Below are positions 19,568 through 29,776 of a stretch of DNA of 64,000 bases, piece after piece. Position numbers and translations under genes: made by a program. How positions within the stretch are numbered: position 1 is the stretch's first letter; each line of letters begins with the position of its first letter. Where the stretch lies: NCBI GenBank assembly GCA_963837955.1, contig CAWIPH010000002.1, forward strand, positions 2,624,001 through 2,688,000, given 5' to 3'. The stretch comes from an uncultured Verrucomicrobiae bacterium. GTDB lineage: Bacteria > Verrucomicrobiota > Verrucomicrobiia > Chthoniobacterales > JAFAMB01. The notes beneath the pieces are model-generated. The model did no database searches. It was not told where the DNA came from and saw only the letters and a list, made by a program, of their open reading frames with translations.

Positions 19568-20101
19568 ATGACTAACGACGAACTTCGTGAACTGAACAAA
19601 AAACGCAGAATCCATCAAATCGCCTGGGTAACGCGAGATTTGGAAAAAAGCATGAAAGCGTGGGTTGACAATCTGAAGGTCGGCCCTTGGACGGTGCTCA
19701 CTTTTACAGAGAAAACGTTGAAGTACTTGGACGTCGACGGCAAACGAGTCAGTGAGCCCTTCAAATTTTTGATCGGCATCAGCTGGATCGGAAACATTCA
19801 GGTCGAATTGATCCAACCAGTTTATGGCCCGATGATTTACGAGGCCTTCATCCAGAAACATGGAGAAGGGCTCCATCACTTTAAGGAGTTTGTAAGTCAG
19901 GACGAGATCGATCGCGTATTGAAGGAATATCGGGAAAAAGGCATCGAAGTTACTCAGACCGGACAGTTTAAAGAAGATTTCCACTATTATCTGAATACGG
20001 AACCGAAACTGGATTTTGTGTTGGAACTGGGAAACTGCCCGCTGCTGAATCTGCCGGAGGACGAATGCCCAACTTATCCTCCGGAAAAACTTAATCGATA
20101 G
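19568..20101 (+). CDS. VOC/glyoxalase family protein
   Basis: IHQIAWV, ELIQP, GEGLHH. Confidence 0.88.
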   Translation: MTNDELRELNKKRRIHQIAWVTRDLEKSMKAWVDNLKVGPWTVLTFTEKTLKYLDVDGKRVSEPFKFLIGISWIGNIQVELIQPVYGPMIYEAFIQKHGEGLHHFKEFVSQDEIDRVLKEYREKGIEVTQTGQFKEDFHYYLNTEPKLDFVLELGNCPLLNLPEDECPTYPPEKLNR

Positions 20102-20120
20102 CCGAAGAGGACGAGGTCTG

Positions 20121-20320
20121 GTTCTCTGCCCCGGAGGGCGGGGAGGGCGCACAGCCTGTCCGACATAGCCTTTCGGATGCCTGATGCAGAAATGCTTGAG
20201 ACGCGACGTCGGATCCTCGTGCGCCGCGGATCGCGAGGATCCGACGTCGCATAAGCGAGCTGTCGTTGAGCGTGATGCATCGAAAAGCTATGTCGGACAG
20301 GCTGCGATCCCTCCCCCCGA
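20121..20320. repeat. REPIN-like palindromic element, family A
   Basis: GGGGAGGGCGCACAGCCTGTCCGACATAGC ... GCTATGTCGGACAGGCTGCGATCCCTCCCC with an internal GCGACGTCGGATCCTCG hairpin. Confidence 0.8.
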
Positions 20321-20494
20321 GCACACACTAGACACGGCCGGCGCTCATGGCTTCTGAGCTTGATCTCGAGCCGCGATGATGCCGGCGGTGATTAAATTTG
20401 GTTAAGCCGAATATAACGCTGGGAAATTCCTGAGTGCTGCGCTGCGATTGTGTGAACAAAAGGGGAGTATTTCATTTATGCGTGCGGCCGCCCA

Positions 20495-22945
20495 TCACTT
20501 ATCACGGAGTGCTGTCACAGGATCGACCGCCATCGCCCGCCGCATGGGAAGGTAACTGGCCAGTATCGCGACCATCAGTAGAAGGACCGAAACACAGCCG
20601 AAGATAGTTGGATCGGTGGCTCGTATGCCAAACAACAGGCTGGTGAGCCAGCGAGTCGAAGCCAGCGCCCCCGCCCAGCCGATAACAATCCCCAAGGAAG
20701 CAAGCGATAGCGCTTCCCGCAACACGAGCTTACGGATCCTGCCGGTGGTCGCGCCTAACGCCATGCGTACGCCGATCTCCTGAGTCTTTTGGCTGACGTT
20801 GTATGCCATCACGCCATACGTTCCTACGGCAGCCAGTAGAAGAGCCAGCACAGCAAAAGCCGCCAGCAAAAGCGTGCAGAAACTGCGACGCTCCAGCGAT
20901 TCCGACATGTATTGGGTCATTGGGCGGACCGCCGTTACCGGAAGGTCCTTGTCCGCAACTTGCAGTTGTCTCTTGGCGCTTTCGGCAATCGACAGCGGAT
21001 CACCGTCTGTTCTGACAACGAATGTCATGGCCTGCAACGACGTCCATGGGGCGAACGGGAACTGTGTTACCGGCAGAAACACCTCCGGCTGCGGCTCTAC
21101 GTCCATCCCGTTTTGTTTCACATCGGCCACAATGCCCACAATCTCCCGATAGGGCTGGTTTCCCTTCGGCCCTCCTTCTCGAAGGAGCTTTCCTATGGCG
21201 CTCTGGGCGGGCCAATTTCGACGAGCAAAACTTTGATTGACGATCGCTACCAGGCGCGAGTGCTGGGTATCCAAATCTGTAAAGAATCTGCCATGTAGCA
21301 GAGGAACTTGCATCGCTTCGAAGTAACCAGGCACAACGATGTTGGAAGCCGCGGTAGGTATATCAACAACTGATTGAACAGCGTGGTCGGCCAACATAAA
21401 GGAACTGTCGGTGCTAACTCCCACCAGTGGCGGGCATAGGGCAGCGCCTGCTGCATGCACGCCGGGAAGCTCCCGAAGGCGTTGAACGGCTTGCGTGAAG
21501 AAAATGGACTTCTCCTCTCCGCGAACATATTTCGTTGGCGGAAGGACAAGGTCCAGGGCCAGCAGGTGATCGGCCTTAAAGCCGGGATCCACCTTCACCG
21601 CATTCATCAGACTACGAATCATCAGGCCCGCGGTAGTTACCAAGATCAGAGCAATTGCCATTTCCGCAATCAGGAGTGCGGCGCGAAGCCTTTTGCCAGT
21701 TCGACTCGTGCTCCCTTCACGGCCGGTTTCATTCAGCGCCGTATTAAGGTTTCCAAATGTGGCATGCATCGCAGGTGCTACGCCAAACAGCAAGCCCGTC
21801 AGCAGTGACACCGCCAAGGTGAATAGCAGGACCGTTCCATCCATTTTGATCACGGCCAGTTGCGGGAGGTCGTGAGGTGCGATCATGGCTATGATGTGTA
21901 GTCCCACGATGGCCAGAAGGATGCCGAGACCGCCTCCTAATAGCGATAGTGCGATGCTTTCTGTCACCAACTGGCGCGCGAGTCGCCATCGATCTGCACC
22001 GAGTGCGGCTCGAACCGCCAGCTCCTTTTTTCGAGACGATCCTTGTGCCAAGAGCAGGTTCGCGACGTTCACGCACGCGATCAGAAGAACGCAACCAACG
22101 CAAGCGAACAGCGCCAACAACACGGTCTGCGTGCTTCCGTAACGATACTGATAAAGACCGGTAATGGTAGCGATCAGTCCGGTGTTAGACTGCGGATAAC
22201 TCTGTTCGAGCCGCTGCATGATCACCATCATTTCTGAACGCGCAGAATCTAAGGGCACTCCTGCCCGTAACCGCGCCAATACCAGAAGGTCGGGATGGAT
22301 ACCGCGCTGGTTCCATTCATCTTCTGCGCCGTGCAGCCCGACAGGCAGATAGGCATCCACACGCTTATCGAAGAAATTGAACTCAGGAGGCAGGATTCCA
22401 ATCACTGAGTAAGAGACACCGTCGAGTGTCAGTGCCTTGCCGGGAAAATTCGGATCTCCACTAAGCCGGTTTTTCCACAATTCATAGCTGATCACAACGG
22501 CTGGGTTCGCGCCTGGCAAGTCCTCTCGTTCACTAAACGTACGGCCACTCAGCGGCTGTGTGCCGAGCATCTTAAAAAATGGGTACGAAACCTCCGCTAC
22601 GCGAAGCAGCGTGGGTTCTCCGATGCCTGTCAGGTTGACATGGGAGAGCCGATAGGCCGCCATGTCGTCAAAAGTTCGGTTTTGTTTGCGCCAGTCAAGA
22701 AAGTCCAGCCAGGAAACAGTGCGGCTGCCGTGCTGTAGTCTGTATTCATCCAAGATGACCAGACGATTTGCGTTGGGATACGGCAGCCCGTTCAGCAACA
22801 CTGCATTGACGATGCTGAAGATGGCAGTATTTGCGCCAATTCCCAACGCCAATGTGAGTAGAGCGACCGTAGAGAAAGCGCGATTCTTAAGTAAAGTCCG
22901 CAGCCCATGTCCTAGGTCGCGGAGAAATTCCAAGGCTCGACTCAT
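20495..22945 (-). CDS. Duplicated MacB/FtsX-type ABC permease (ADOP-like)
   Basis: LALGIGANTAIFS, LLIACVNVANLLLA, EIGVRMALGA, VDPVTALR; no ATPase gene adjacent. Confidence 0.93.
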   Translation of the reverse strand: MSRALEFLRDLGHGLRTLLKNRAFSTVALLTLALGIGANTAIFSIVNAVLLNGLPYPNANRLVILDEYRLQHGSRTVSWLDFLDWRKQNRTFDDMAAYRLSHVNLTGIGEPTLLRVAEVSYPFFKMLGTQPLSGRTFSEREDLPGANPAVVISYELWKNRLSGDPNFPGKALTLDGVSYSVIGILPPEFNFFDKRVDAYLPVGLHGAEDEWNQRGIHPDLLVLARLRAGVPLDSARSEMMVIMQRLEQSYPQSNTGLIATITGLYQYRYGSTQTVLLALFACVGCVLLIACVNVANLLLAQGSSRKKELAVRAALGADRWRLARQLVTESIALSLLGGGLGILLAIVGLHIIAMIAPHDLPQLAVIKMDGTVLLFTLAVSLLTGLLFGVAPAMHATFGNLNTALNETGREGSTSRTGKRLRAALLIAEMAIALILVTTAGLMIRSLMNAVKVDPGFKADHLLALDLVLPPTKYVRGEEKSIFFTQAVQRLRELPGVHAAGAALCPPLVGVSTDSSFMLADHAVQSVVDIPTAASNIVVPGYFEAMQVPLLHGRFFTDLDTQHSRLVAIVNQSFARRNWPAQSAIGKLLREGGPKGNQPYREIVGIVADVKQNGMDVEPQPEVFLPVTQFPFAPWTSLQAMTFVVRTDGDPLSIAESAKRQLQVADKDLPVTAVRPMTQYMSESLERRSFCTLLLAAFAVLALLLAAVGTYGVMAYNVSQKTQEIGVRMALGATTGRIRKLVLREALSLASLGIVIGWAGALASTRWLTSLLFGIRATDPTIFGCVSVLLLMVAILASYLPMRRAMAVDPVTALRDK

Positions 22946-23097
22946 CGAAGCAACCTCCAAGAATATTGACCAAGTTCGGCCGCAGTCCGATGATGCGTCC
23001 TATTCATGGTCGACCTCCCCAATACTCCTTCACAACGAGATCATGACGGTAGAAATGAATTGTCGCAAGACGGCTGGTACGACATAATATCGCTTTT

Positions 23098-23886
23098 ATG
23101 CGACAGCCGATTGTGAGGGAAAACGACCCGAGGCGCGGTGTCTCTATATCGACGCTCGCTCGCGAGTATCCTCGCAGTTCCCAAGTGCCACAACACGCGC
23201 ATGGGTCCGATCAGTTGATCTACGCAAGTCGCGGTATCATGGAAGTGGCTTCTGGCCAAAGCCTGTGGATCATTCCGCCCCATTTTGGTCTTTGGATTCC
23301 AGCGCGCATTCCGCACCAAATTCGCATGCCAGAGCGCGTTTCGATGCGCACACTCTATTTACGGCCAGGCGTTGCTGACTTAGGTGCCAATTGCATGGTG
23401 CTTCACGTCGCCCCATTACTTCGCGAGCTCATCTTCGAAATCGTACGCGTTGGTAACCTCCGAATTCGTAACCAGGTTGAATGTGCACTTCGTGATGTGC
23501 TGGTCGAACAACTAACAAAGGCATCACCAGTGCCAACAGGAATTGCGCTTCCCCGAGATCACCGGGCACTTACTATTGCCCAGACCGTGATAGAGAACCC
23601 TGCTCTCCGCTCGTCACTGGCATCGATGTGCGCTTCTGCCGGGGTAAGTGTGAGAACGCTGGAGAGAGCATTCCGGCGATGTGTTGGTATCGATTTCGAA
23701 TCCTGGCGAAGACAAGTGCGATTGATGAAGGCAGTCGAACTGTTAGTCTCCGGTCACAGTGTGAAGGAGGTGGCTTTCTCAGTCGGGTATCAAGAGCCGA
23801 GCAGCTTTGTGGCACTGTTTCGGGCAACCTTTGGGACCACTCCAAAGGCATGGATCTCAGCTCTTGATTCCTTGAGTAGAGGATAG
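23098..23886 (+). CDS. AraC family regulator (cupin + HTH)
   Basis: HAHGSDQLIYA; VAFSVGYQEPSSFVALFR...GTTP. Confidence 0.93.
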   Translation: MRQPIVRENDPRRGVSISTLAREYPRSSQVPQHAHGSDQLIYASRGIMEVASGQSLWIIPPHFGLWIPARIPHQIRMPERVSMRTLYLRPGVADLGANCMVLHVAPLLRELIFEIVRVGNLRIRNQVECALRDVLVEQLTKASPVPTGIALPRDHRALTIAQTVIENPALRSSLASMCASAGVSVRTLERAFRRCVGIDFESWRRQVRLMKAVELLVSGHSVKEVAFSVGYQEPSSFVALFRATFGTTPKAWISALDSLSRG

Positions 23887-23925
23887 CAATCCAGCACGCG
23901 ATCCTGTTGATCAAATAGCCACAGA

Positions 23926-25086
23926 ATGAAATCCAAAGCCATCATCGTTCTGACGACCACACTCTTTGTCACGTGCGTCTCGATAGGCGTGAGTAGCGCG
24001 GCCGAAGAGCAAGATGCAGTCAAGAGCGCCGTAGACAAAGCGATCCAGCCAGTCATGGAGAAGTACCAGATTCCAGGAATGGCAGTGGGCATCACGGTTG
24101 GCGGAAAACATTACGTTTTGGACTACGGCGTCGCCTCCAGCAAAACCCGCAAGCCTGTCACGGACAGCACGCTCTTCGAGATCGGATCAGTCAGCAAGAC
24201 ATTCACGGCGACGCTGGCGTCGTGGGCACAGGTCAGCGGCCAACTCTCTTTGGCGGATAAAACCAGCAAGTATCTGCCGTCTCTCCAGGGTACCAAGTTT
24301 GGCGAAGTCAGCCTTCTCCATCTCGGCACTCACACGCCAGGCGGCCTTCCGCTACAGGTGCCCGAGAACATAACGAACAACGATCAGCTGATGAAGTATT
24401 TTCAAGAATGGCAGCCAACCTATGCTCCGGGAACCTATAGAACCTACGCCAATCCGAGCATCGGTCTGCTTGGCCTGATAACAGCGAAGAGCATGAACCA
24501 GGACTTCGCCGCTCTGATGGAAGGACGCTTGTTTCCCGCGCTCGGCCTGACGAGCACTTACATCAACGTGCCGGAAACAAAGATGGCAGATTACGCGCAG
24601 GGCTACACAGAGAAGGACGAGCCGGTCCGGATGGCCACTGGCGTCCTGTCCGCGGAAGCCTACGGTGTCAAAACCACGGCTACCGATATGATCCACTTCA
24701 TGGAAGCGAATATGGGGATGATCACGCTGAATGGGGAGCTCCAGCGCGCGATCACGGATACACACACCGGTTACTTTCAGGCGGGCGTTATGACGCAAGA
24801 CCTGATCTGGGAGCAATATGCCTATCCGATCGAGCTGAAGACATTGTTGGAAGGTAACTCTTACCAAATGATCTTAGAAGCGACACCCGTCACACCAATT
24901 ACCCCGCCGATGGAGCCGCGCAGGGATGTGTTGATCAATAAGACGGGTACTACTGGTGGCTTCGGGGCATATGTCGCCTTCGTTCCGGAAAAGCAGATAG
25001 GGATCATTATCCTGGCGAACAAGAACTATCCAATCGCTGACCGTATCACGATAGCTCACCAGATATTCTCGAAGCTCGTGCAGTGA
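23926..25086 (+). CDS. ampC: Class C beta-lactamase
   Basis: Signal peptide; FEIGSVSK (SxxK), RTYANPSIG (YxN), NKTGTTGGFG (KTG). Confidence 0.9.
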   Translation: MKSKAIIVLTTTLFVTCVSIGVSSAAEEQDAVKSAVDKAIQPVMEKYQIPGMAVGITVGGKHYVLDYGVASSKTRKPVTDSTLFEIGSVSKTFTATLASWAQVSGQLSLADKTSKYLPSLQGTKFGEVSLLHLGTHTPGGLPLQVPENITNNDQLMKYFQEWQPTYAPGTYRTYANPSIGLLGLITAKSMNQDFAALMEGRLFPALGLTSTYINVPETKMADYAQGYTEKDEPVRMATGVLSAEAYGVKTTATDMIHFMEANMGMITLNGELQRAITDTHTGYFQAGVMTQDLIWEQYAYPIELKTLLEGNSYQMILEATPVTPITPPMEPRRDVLINKTGTTGGFGAYVAFVPEKQIGIIILANKNYPIADRITIAHQIFSKLVQ

Positions 25087-25276
25087 CGCCGTCCAAGGAG
25101 TGGGGTCAAGGTTCGGACTCGAGGTCTCATTCGGTGCAGTGAAAGGATAAGAGGGGAGGGTTGCATCATCGAACAGTCAGCTGGACGAAGACGTACTTGC
25201 CGTTGTGAAAGTTGGTCAAGGTCAAAACAAGGGAGGTTTATCGAGAGCTTCGCTTTCGCCAACAAGGCTCTCGAAC

Positions 25277-25870
25277 TCAGGTTCCCAGGGCTACCATCGT
25301 TCGGTCCCACTTCGCGCGCAGGCTGCGCAGCAGCGACGGGTACACGATCAGTCTTCGGAACGGGTCGACTGCCGCCATGTAGAAGGGCGTCAACCGGCCA
25401 ACGCTGCGGACGTAGACCGCGAAGTAAAAGCGGTAGCTATTCGCGGTTTCAACCAACGCGCTCAACGCCGCCGCATGGACCGTCCGGTTGATCAGTTCGA
25501 CGAGTTTTTCGTTCTGGAACCGATAGACGACGCGAAACGGCCCCTCGCGAACGCCCGCTGGCGTGAGCGATCGGACCCGATCGGCATCGGTGAGCCGGTC
25601 GGCGAACGTCGGCGCGGCCTCGGTCGACGGTCCTGGGCGGTCCCAGCCAAAGAGGCGTCCGATAAGAAGACGTAGGTCCAGCAGCCCTCGCACGACCGGC
25701 GTGGGCGTGTAAAGTCGCTCGTTCGCAACGCGTAAAAACTCGTCGAGCGTGATCCCGGCGCGCGGGCTTGGCAGGTCGACCGCCCACACGTCGTGCAGCG
25801 GGACGCCGGCGAGGAACCGGTGCACGCGCAGCGGCAACCGTTCGAACTCTCTCTCCGAGATCTGCGGCAT
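25277..25870 (-). CDS. DUF2867-like protein
   Basis: LHDVW...FYMAAVDPFRRLIVYP; RBS AAGGAG. Confidence 0.7.
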   Translation of the reverse strand: MPQISEREFERLPLRVHRFLAGVPLHDVWAVDLPSPRAGITLDEFLRVANERLYTPTPVVRGLLDLRLLIGRLFGWDRPGPSTEAAPTFADRLTDADRVRSLTPAGVREGPFRVVYRFQNEKLVELINRTVHAAALSALVETANSYRFYFAVYVRSVGRLTPFYMAAVDPFRRLIVYPSLLRSLRAKWDRTMVALGT

Positions 25871-26135
25871 GGTTTCTCCTTCAGTAAATAGCAAGTGCTC
25901 GAAGCGACAAATTATTTGTCACTCGTTGCAACGTCCGATCGGTGAAGGTTCGCTGTCCTGGGTGACGTGCGAATCGAGACTGTGCCGTCCCCGGTCTGAT
26001 TTACGTTGAATTTATCCCAGTGGCGGTAGACGGCCGTTAGATGGGTTACCGGCGCGACGAAGACACCCCTTTTCCGGACACGAGAAGGAGCCGTGCGGCC
26101 TGTGCTGCTGCACAAAAAAATAACACTTGACCACA

Positions 26136-26153
26136 AATACGTACGTACGTATT
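26136..26153. promoter_or_regulatory. Palindromic TetR operator
   Basis: AATACGTACGTACGTATT just after TTGACC and before the TetR start. Confidence 0.7.
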
Positions 26154-26164
26154 GATGCTGCCTG

Positions 26165-26755
26165 GTGAGCAAACCTTCCCTTCGCGAAAATATCCTTAAT
26201 GCCGGGTTGCAGGTAATGTTTCAGACCGGTTACCACGGAGCTAGCGTCCGCGATATCTGCGCCGCTGCCGGCGCACCCCAGGGCTCCTTTACGAATCACT
26301 TCCGATCCAAGGAAGCTTTCGCCCAAGAAGTGCTCGACCGTTACTTTGCTCATAACAAGAGCTTGGTGAACGAAGCCTTGAACGATAAGTCGCTTACCGG
26401 GCGACAGCGGCTGAGGCGTTATCTCGACATCATCACCGGAATATTGAAGGCCGCCAAATGGAGCCGTGGCTGCCTGATTGGTGACTTCAGCCTTGAAGCC
26501 AGCTCTCAGAGCAAGCTCTTGCGCAAACGTCTCGAGGCCATTTTCCGGGAATGGCGTATCCCGTTCGCGAAGTGCATCGTAGAGGCACAGGCAGCAGGTG
26601 ACATCGATTCGCGTTTCGATGCTACCGAACTCGCCGAGTTCTTACTGGCTTCCTGGGAGGGTGCCATCTTACGCATGAAAGTCGAACGAGGGCCGGTCGC
26701 ACTCGAACGCTTCAAAAAGATCATGTTTGAGACCGTATTTAAGGAGCAAAAATGA
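26165..26755 (+). CDS. TetR family regulator (NemR-like)
   Basis: GAPQGSFTNHFRSKE HTH; GCLIG; WEGAILRMK. Confidence 0.92.
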   Translation: MSKPSLRENILNAGLQVMFQTGYHGASVRDICAAAGAPQGSFTNHFRSKEAFAQEVLDRYFAHNKSLVNEALNDKSLTGRQRLRRYLDIITGILKAAKWSRGCLIGDFSLEASSQSKLLRKRLEAIFREWRIPFAKCIVEAQAAGDIDSRFDATELAEFLLASWEGAILRMKVERGPVALERFKKIMFETVFKEQK

Positions 26756-27678
26756 CCGTAACATCCGACATCAAACTACGGCAACGTACCGTTTTGAATT
26801 CCACCATGGCTTACCGGGAGTCAGGAGATCCCGAGGCGCCAACGGTGCTGTTTTTACACGGGAACCCGACATCATCGTTTATCTGGCGAAACGTGATTCC
26901 CTCGGTTGCGCCGGTAGCGCACTGTATCGCGCCGGATCTCATCGGGTTCGGACAATCCGGTAAACCGGATATCGCCTATCGCTTTGCCGACCATGTCCGT
27001 TATCTGGATGCGTTCCTGGCCGAAGCAGGAATATCGTCGGCTTACGTGGTGGCACAGGACTGGGGAACGGCTCTGGCCTTTCATTTGGCGGCGCGCAGGC
27101 CGGAGTTCGTCCGTGGTCTCGCTTTCATGGAGTTCATCCGGCCCATGCCGAGCTGGGATGATTTTCCTGCACGTGAAACCTTCCAAAATTTCAGAACACC
27201 TGGGGTAGGGGAGAAGATGATCCTCGAGGGCAACGTATTTGTTGAACAGATTCTTCCCGGTGCGACGATCCGAAAACTGACTGATGAAGAGATGGCGGTT
27301 TACCGAGCGCCGTTTCCGACTCCGGAATCTCGGCGCCCGACTTGGCGATTCCCGAATGAGCTGCCAATCGCCGGCGAACCGGCGGACGTGTATTCCACCA
27401 TGCTCGAAGCACACGCGGCGTTATCTCATTCCTCTTACCCCAAGCTACTTTTCGTGGGAGATCCGGGCGCATTGGTCTCGCCAGCGTTCGCTGAAGAGTT
27501 CGCCAAGGGGCTCAGGAACTGCAGCGTCATCCATCTTGGTCCAGGCGCTCATTACCTTCAGGAAGATCATCCTCAAGCTATCGGCGCCAACATTAACCAA
27601 TGGCTGACCGACTTAGGAGTTGCCGATCAAACGGCAGTAAAAGGGCAGGGCAGCGAAATGCGAAAAAAAAGACGATAA
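26752..27678 (+). CDS. dhaA: Haloalkane dehalogenase (HLD-II)
   Basis: HGNPTSS, QDWG nucleophile, MEF acid, HYLQED; ATGA overlap with the TetR gene. Confidence 0.9.
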   Translation: MTVTSDIKLRQRTVLNSTMAYRESGDPEAPTVLFLHGNPTSSFIWRNVIPSVAPVAHCIAPDLIGFGQSGKPDIAYRFADHVRYLDAFLAEAGISSAYVVAQDWGTALAFHLAARRPEFVRGLAFMEFIRPMPSWDDFPARETFQNFRTPGVGEKMILEGNVFVEQILPGATIRKLTDEEMAVYRAPFPTPESRRPTWRFPNELPIAGEPADVYSTMLEAHAALSHSSYPKLLFVGDPGALVSPAFAEEFAKGLRNCSVIHLGPGAHYLQEDHPQAIGANINQWLTDLGVADQTAVKGQGSEMRKKRR

Positions 27679-27955
27679 CATATCCGCCACGCCCAGCTCG
27701 GGAGAGCTCTGGCACCGGAAGATCCCGCCTCTCCAGAGCCGCTAGAGTTCTTTGTGATTGAGCAACCATATTTTATCGCCTGCTCAGAATAGTAGACCAA
27801 ATTAGAGCCTTGAGCCCAGGTAAGATGTCGCGGAGAATCGAATCCGTGATGTACAACAGCTGATGACAGCACCGATCGTTAATCCAGTCATGACTCCTAG
27901 ATAACTGTCGACGATCAGTTTCGTCTGCTATCGTGGCCTTCGGTAATCCGCTCCT

Positions 27956-28326
27956 TCACCAAAGCGAGTTAATGATGGAAGCTGCGGGCACAAACGTGAC
28001 TTTGCACCTCTCCATCCACTTGCCCATGGCGGGGAAGTCTCCCCAACTACCCGTCTGCTCCAAGTGATCGACAACACCAGCTTTGCTTTCATAGATCTCG
28101 GTCAGGATGAAACACATATTGCCGGTCGGGGCAGAGTTGAGATCCATCGGGTTCGAGAGCTCCGGCCCCTTGGACACGTTGTAGCTAGGAGAGCTTTCGC
28201 CCCGGTACGGTGGTGCGTAGACTCCATCCAAGACCCGTGGCTCTGAAAGAAGCGGTCGCCCTCCGCCGCTTGATCGGGAGGGGCAATGATGATGAGCGTA
28301 AGCTGAAACTTGTCGTGGTAGGTCAT
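27956..28326 (-). pseudogene. Frameshifted hypothetical protein
   Basis: MTYHDKFQLTL...GAKALL continues in another frame as YNVSKGPELSNP...NSLW; shift near 28185. Confidence 0.6.
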
Positions 28327-28555
28327 AGTAGGTTCTCCGATCTTTTTATGGCTTATTGTTAGGTTTTTTCCAGATCTTGAAATTTGGTGGCAGAGTCCTG
28401 TATAGACCTCGTGTGCCACCTAGAAATCGAGCGACCCCTGGACCGAGCTACGCCAAATACGAACCGCGTTGGGGGGAGGAGGAGTTCGAACGAAATAACG
28501 TTCGTAAAACTCTTCCAGAGTAGGCACCGAAAACGTGCACTTCAAGATAAAAGGC

Positions 28556-29054
28556 AAGCGGGATCGGGTGGACGCACATCCATCCAAACATGTTCATGGA
28601 GCAGATCCCTAAGTTTATGAAGATCCGCAATGACCGCTTTTCGGTGTTCTGGGGCTCTGATCGAATGGGTTGGATCGCATCGCGGGACATTGGCGCCGTT
28701 GCGGCCACGGTTCTGCGAGAAGGTCCAGCGAAACACAGTGGACAAAACTACTGGCTCAGCGCGGAGGTAGCGGGTGGCGAGGAACTCGCGACGCTCTTCT
28801 CCGAGGCTTTGGGACGACCTATTCGCTGCGACCCTAAGTAGCCGGCGGATTTTGCCTCAACCATGGCGTCAACCGGAGACTACAATGTTGAGAGCTGGTA
28901 TGCCGCTGCAGTTATCGAGTTCCTGAAACAATTCTCCGATGGCCGCATGGGAGACTTCGGAACCGTCCGAGACGACACTCCGTACCTCACGGGCGCGCCT
29001 TCGATGACTCTCCGGCAGTGGATTCAGGAGAATCGTTCCTCATTGAGTGGCTAG
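28556..29054 (+). pseudogene. NmrA-family oxidoreductase remnant
   Basis: SGIGWTHIHPNMFME...IASRDIGAVAATVL; no N-terminus; in-frame TAG at 28839-28841. Confidence 0.75.
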
Positions 29055-29093
29055 CGGTGCACTTGCAGAGACACTGCCTCGGGACCGCCGTTG

Positions 29094-29702
29094 TCATCGC
29101 GGGCGCAGGCCGAGCAGGATGTGCTTCACCGTCGCCGGTACGAGCGTCTCGAGCGGTACGCTCTTGAACTTACCGTCCGTGGAGATTGTGACCAGGCCCT
29201 GCAACGCTGCGCTGAGTGTCAGGGACAAGCGCGCCGGATCGCCCTCCACGATTTCCCCGGCGGCCTGACCTGCTTTGAGAATAGCCGGTATGTGAGAAAA
29301 AGCCGCGTCGCTCGCCTCCAATAGATCGCGCGGTGCGTCGGCCCGGTGTTTCGACTCGAACATCAGAGCCCACAGCGCCGGATGCTTCAGCGCGAACCCA
29401 ACGTAACCCTGGGCCGCCTGGGTGAGCTGCGCGCTGAAATTGCGGCCACGCCCTTTGGCTACGCGGGCCAGCGTAGCGTCAAGACGCTGGAAGCCGGTCC
29501 GCGCCAGAGCGTCCAGCAGCGCCTGTTTGTCGGCAAAATGGCGGCGCGGCGACGTGTGGCTGACGCCGACAACGCGGCTCAGCTCGCGCAAGGACAGCAT
29601 GGACGCACCGCGCGCCTCCAGGGCTGCCTCCGCCGCTCGGAGCAGAGCCGCGGGTAGATTACCGTGGTGGTAGGGACGCTGGTGAGTTTGCAACCTCACC
29701 AC
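29094..29702 (-). CDS. TetR family regulator
   Basis: YHHGNL...LSLRELSRVVGVSHTSPRRHFADK. Confidence 0.92.
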   Translation of the reverse strand: MVRLQTHQRPYHHGNLPAALLRAAEAALEARGASMLSLRELSRVVGVSHTSPRRHFADKQALLDALARTGFQRLDATLARVAKGRGRNFSAQLTQAAQGYVGFALKHPALWALMFESKHRADAPRDLLEASDAAFSHIPAILKAGQAAGEIVEGDPARLSLTLSAALQGLVTISTDGKFKSVPLETLVPATVKHILLGLRPR

Positions 29703-29776
29703 TTTACCGGGTTACCAAAGATTTGCAGCATGTTTCCATTGACAGCATTGTTTCCAATGGATACATAGCCCATATC

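Noticed and set aside
19307..20152. 281-aa minus-strand ORF
   Set aside because: Antisense shadow of the VOC gene
28839..28841. In-frame TAG as pyrrolysine or recoding
   Set aside because: The gene also lacks its N-terminus and TAG terminates normal genes in this window; simple decay explains it
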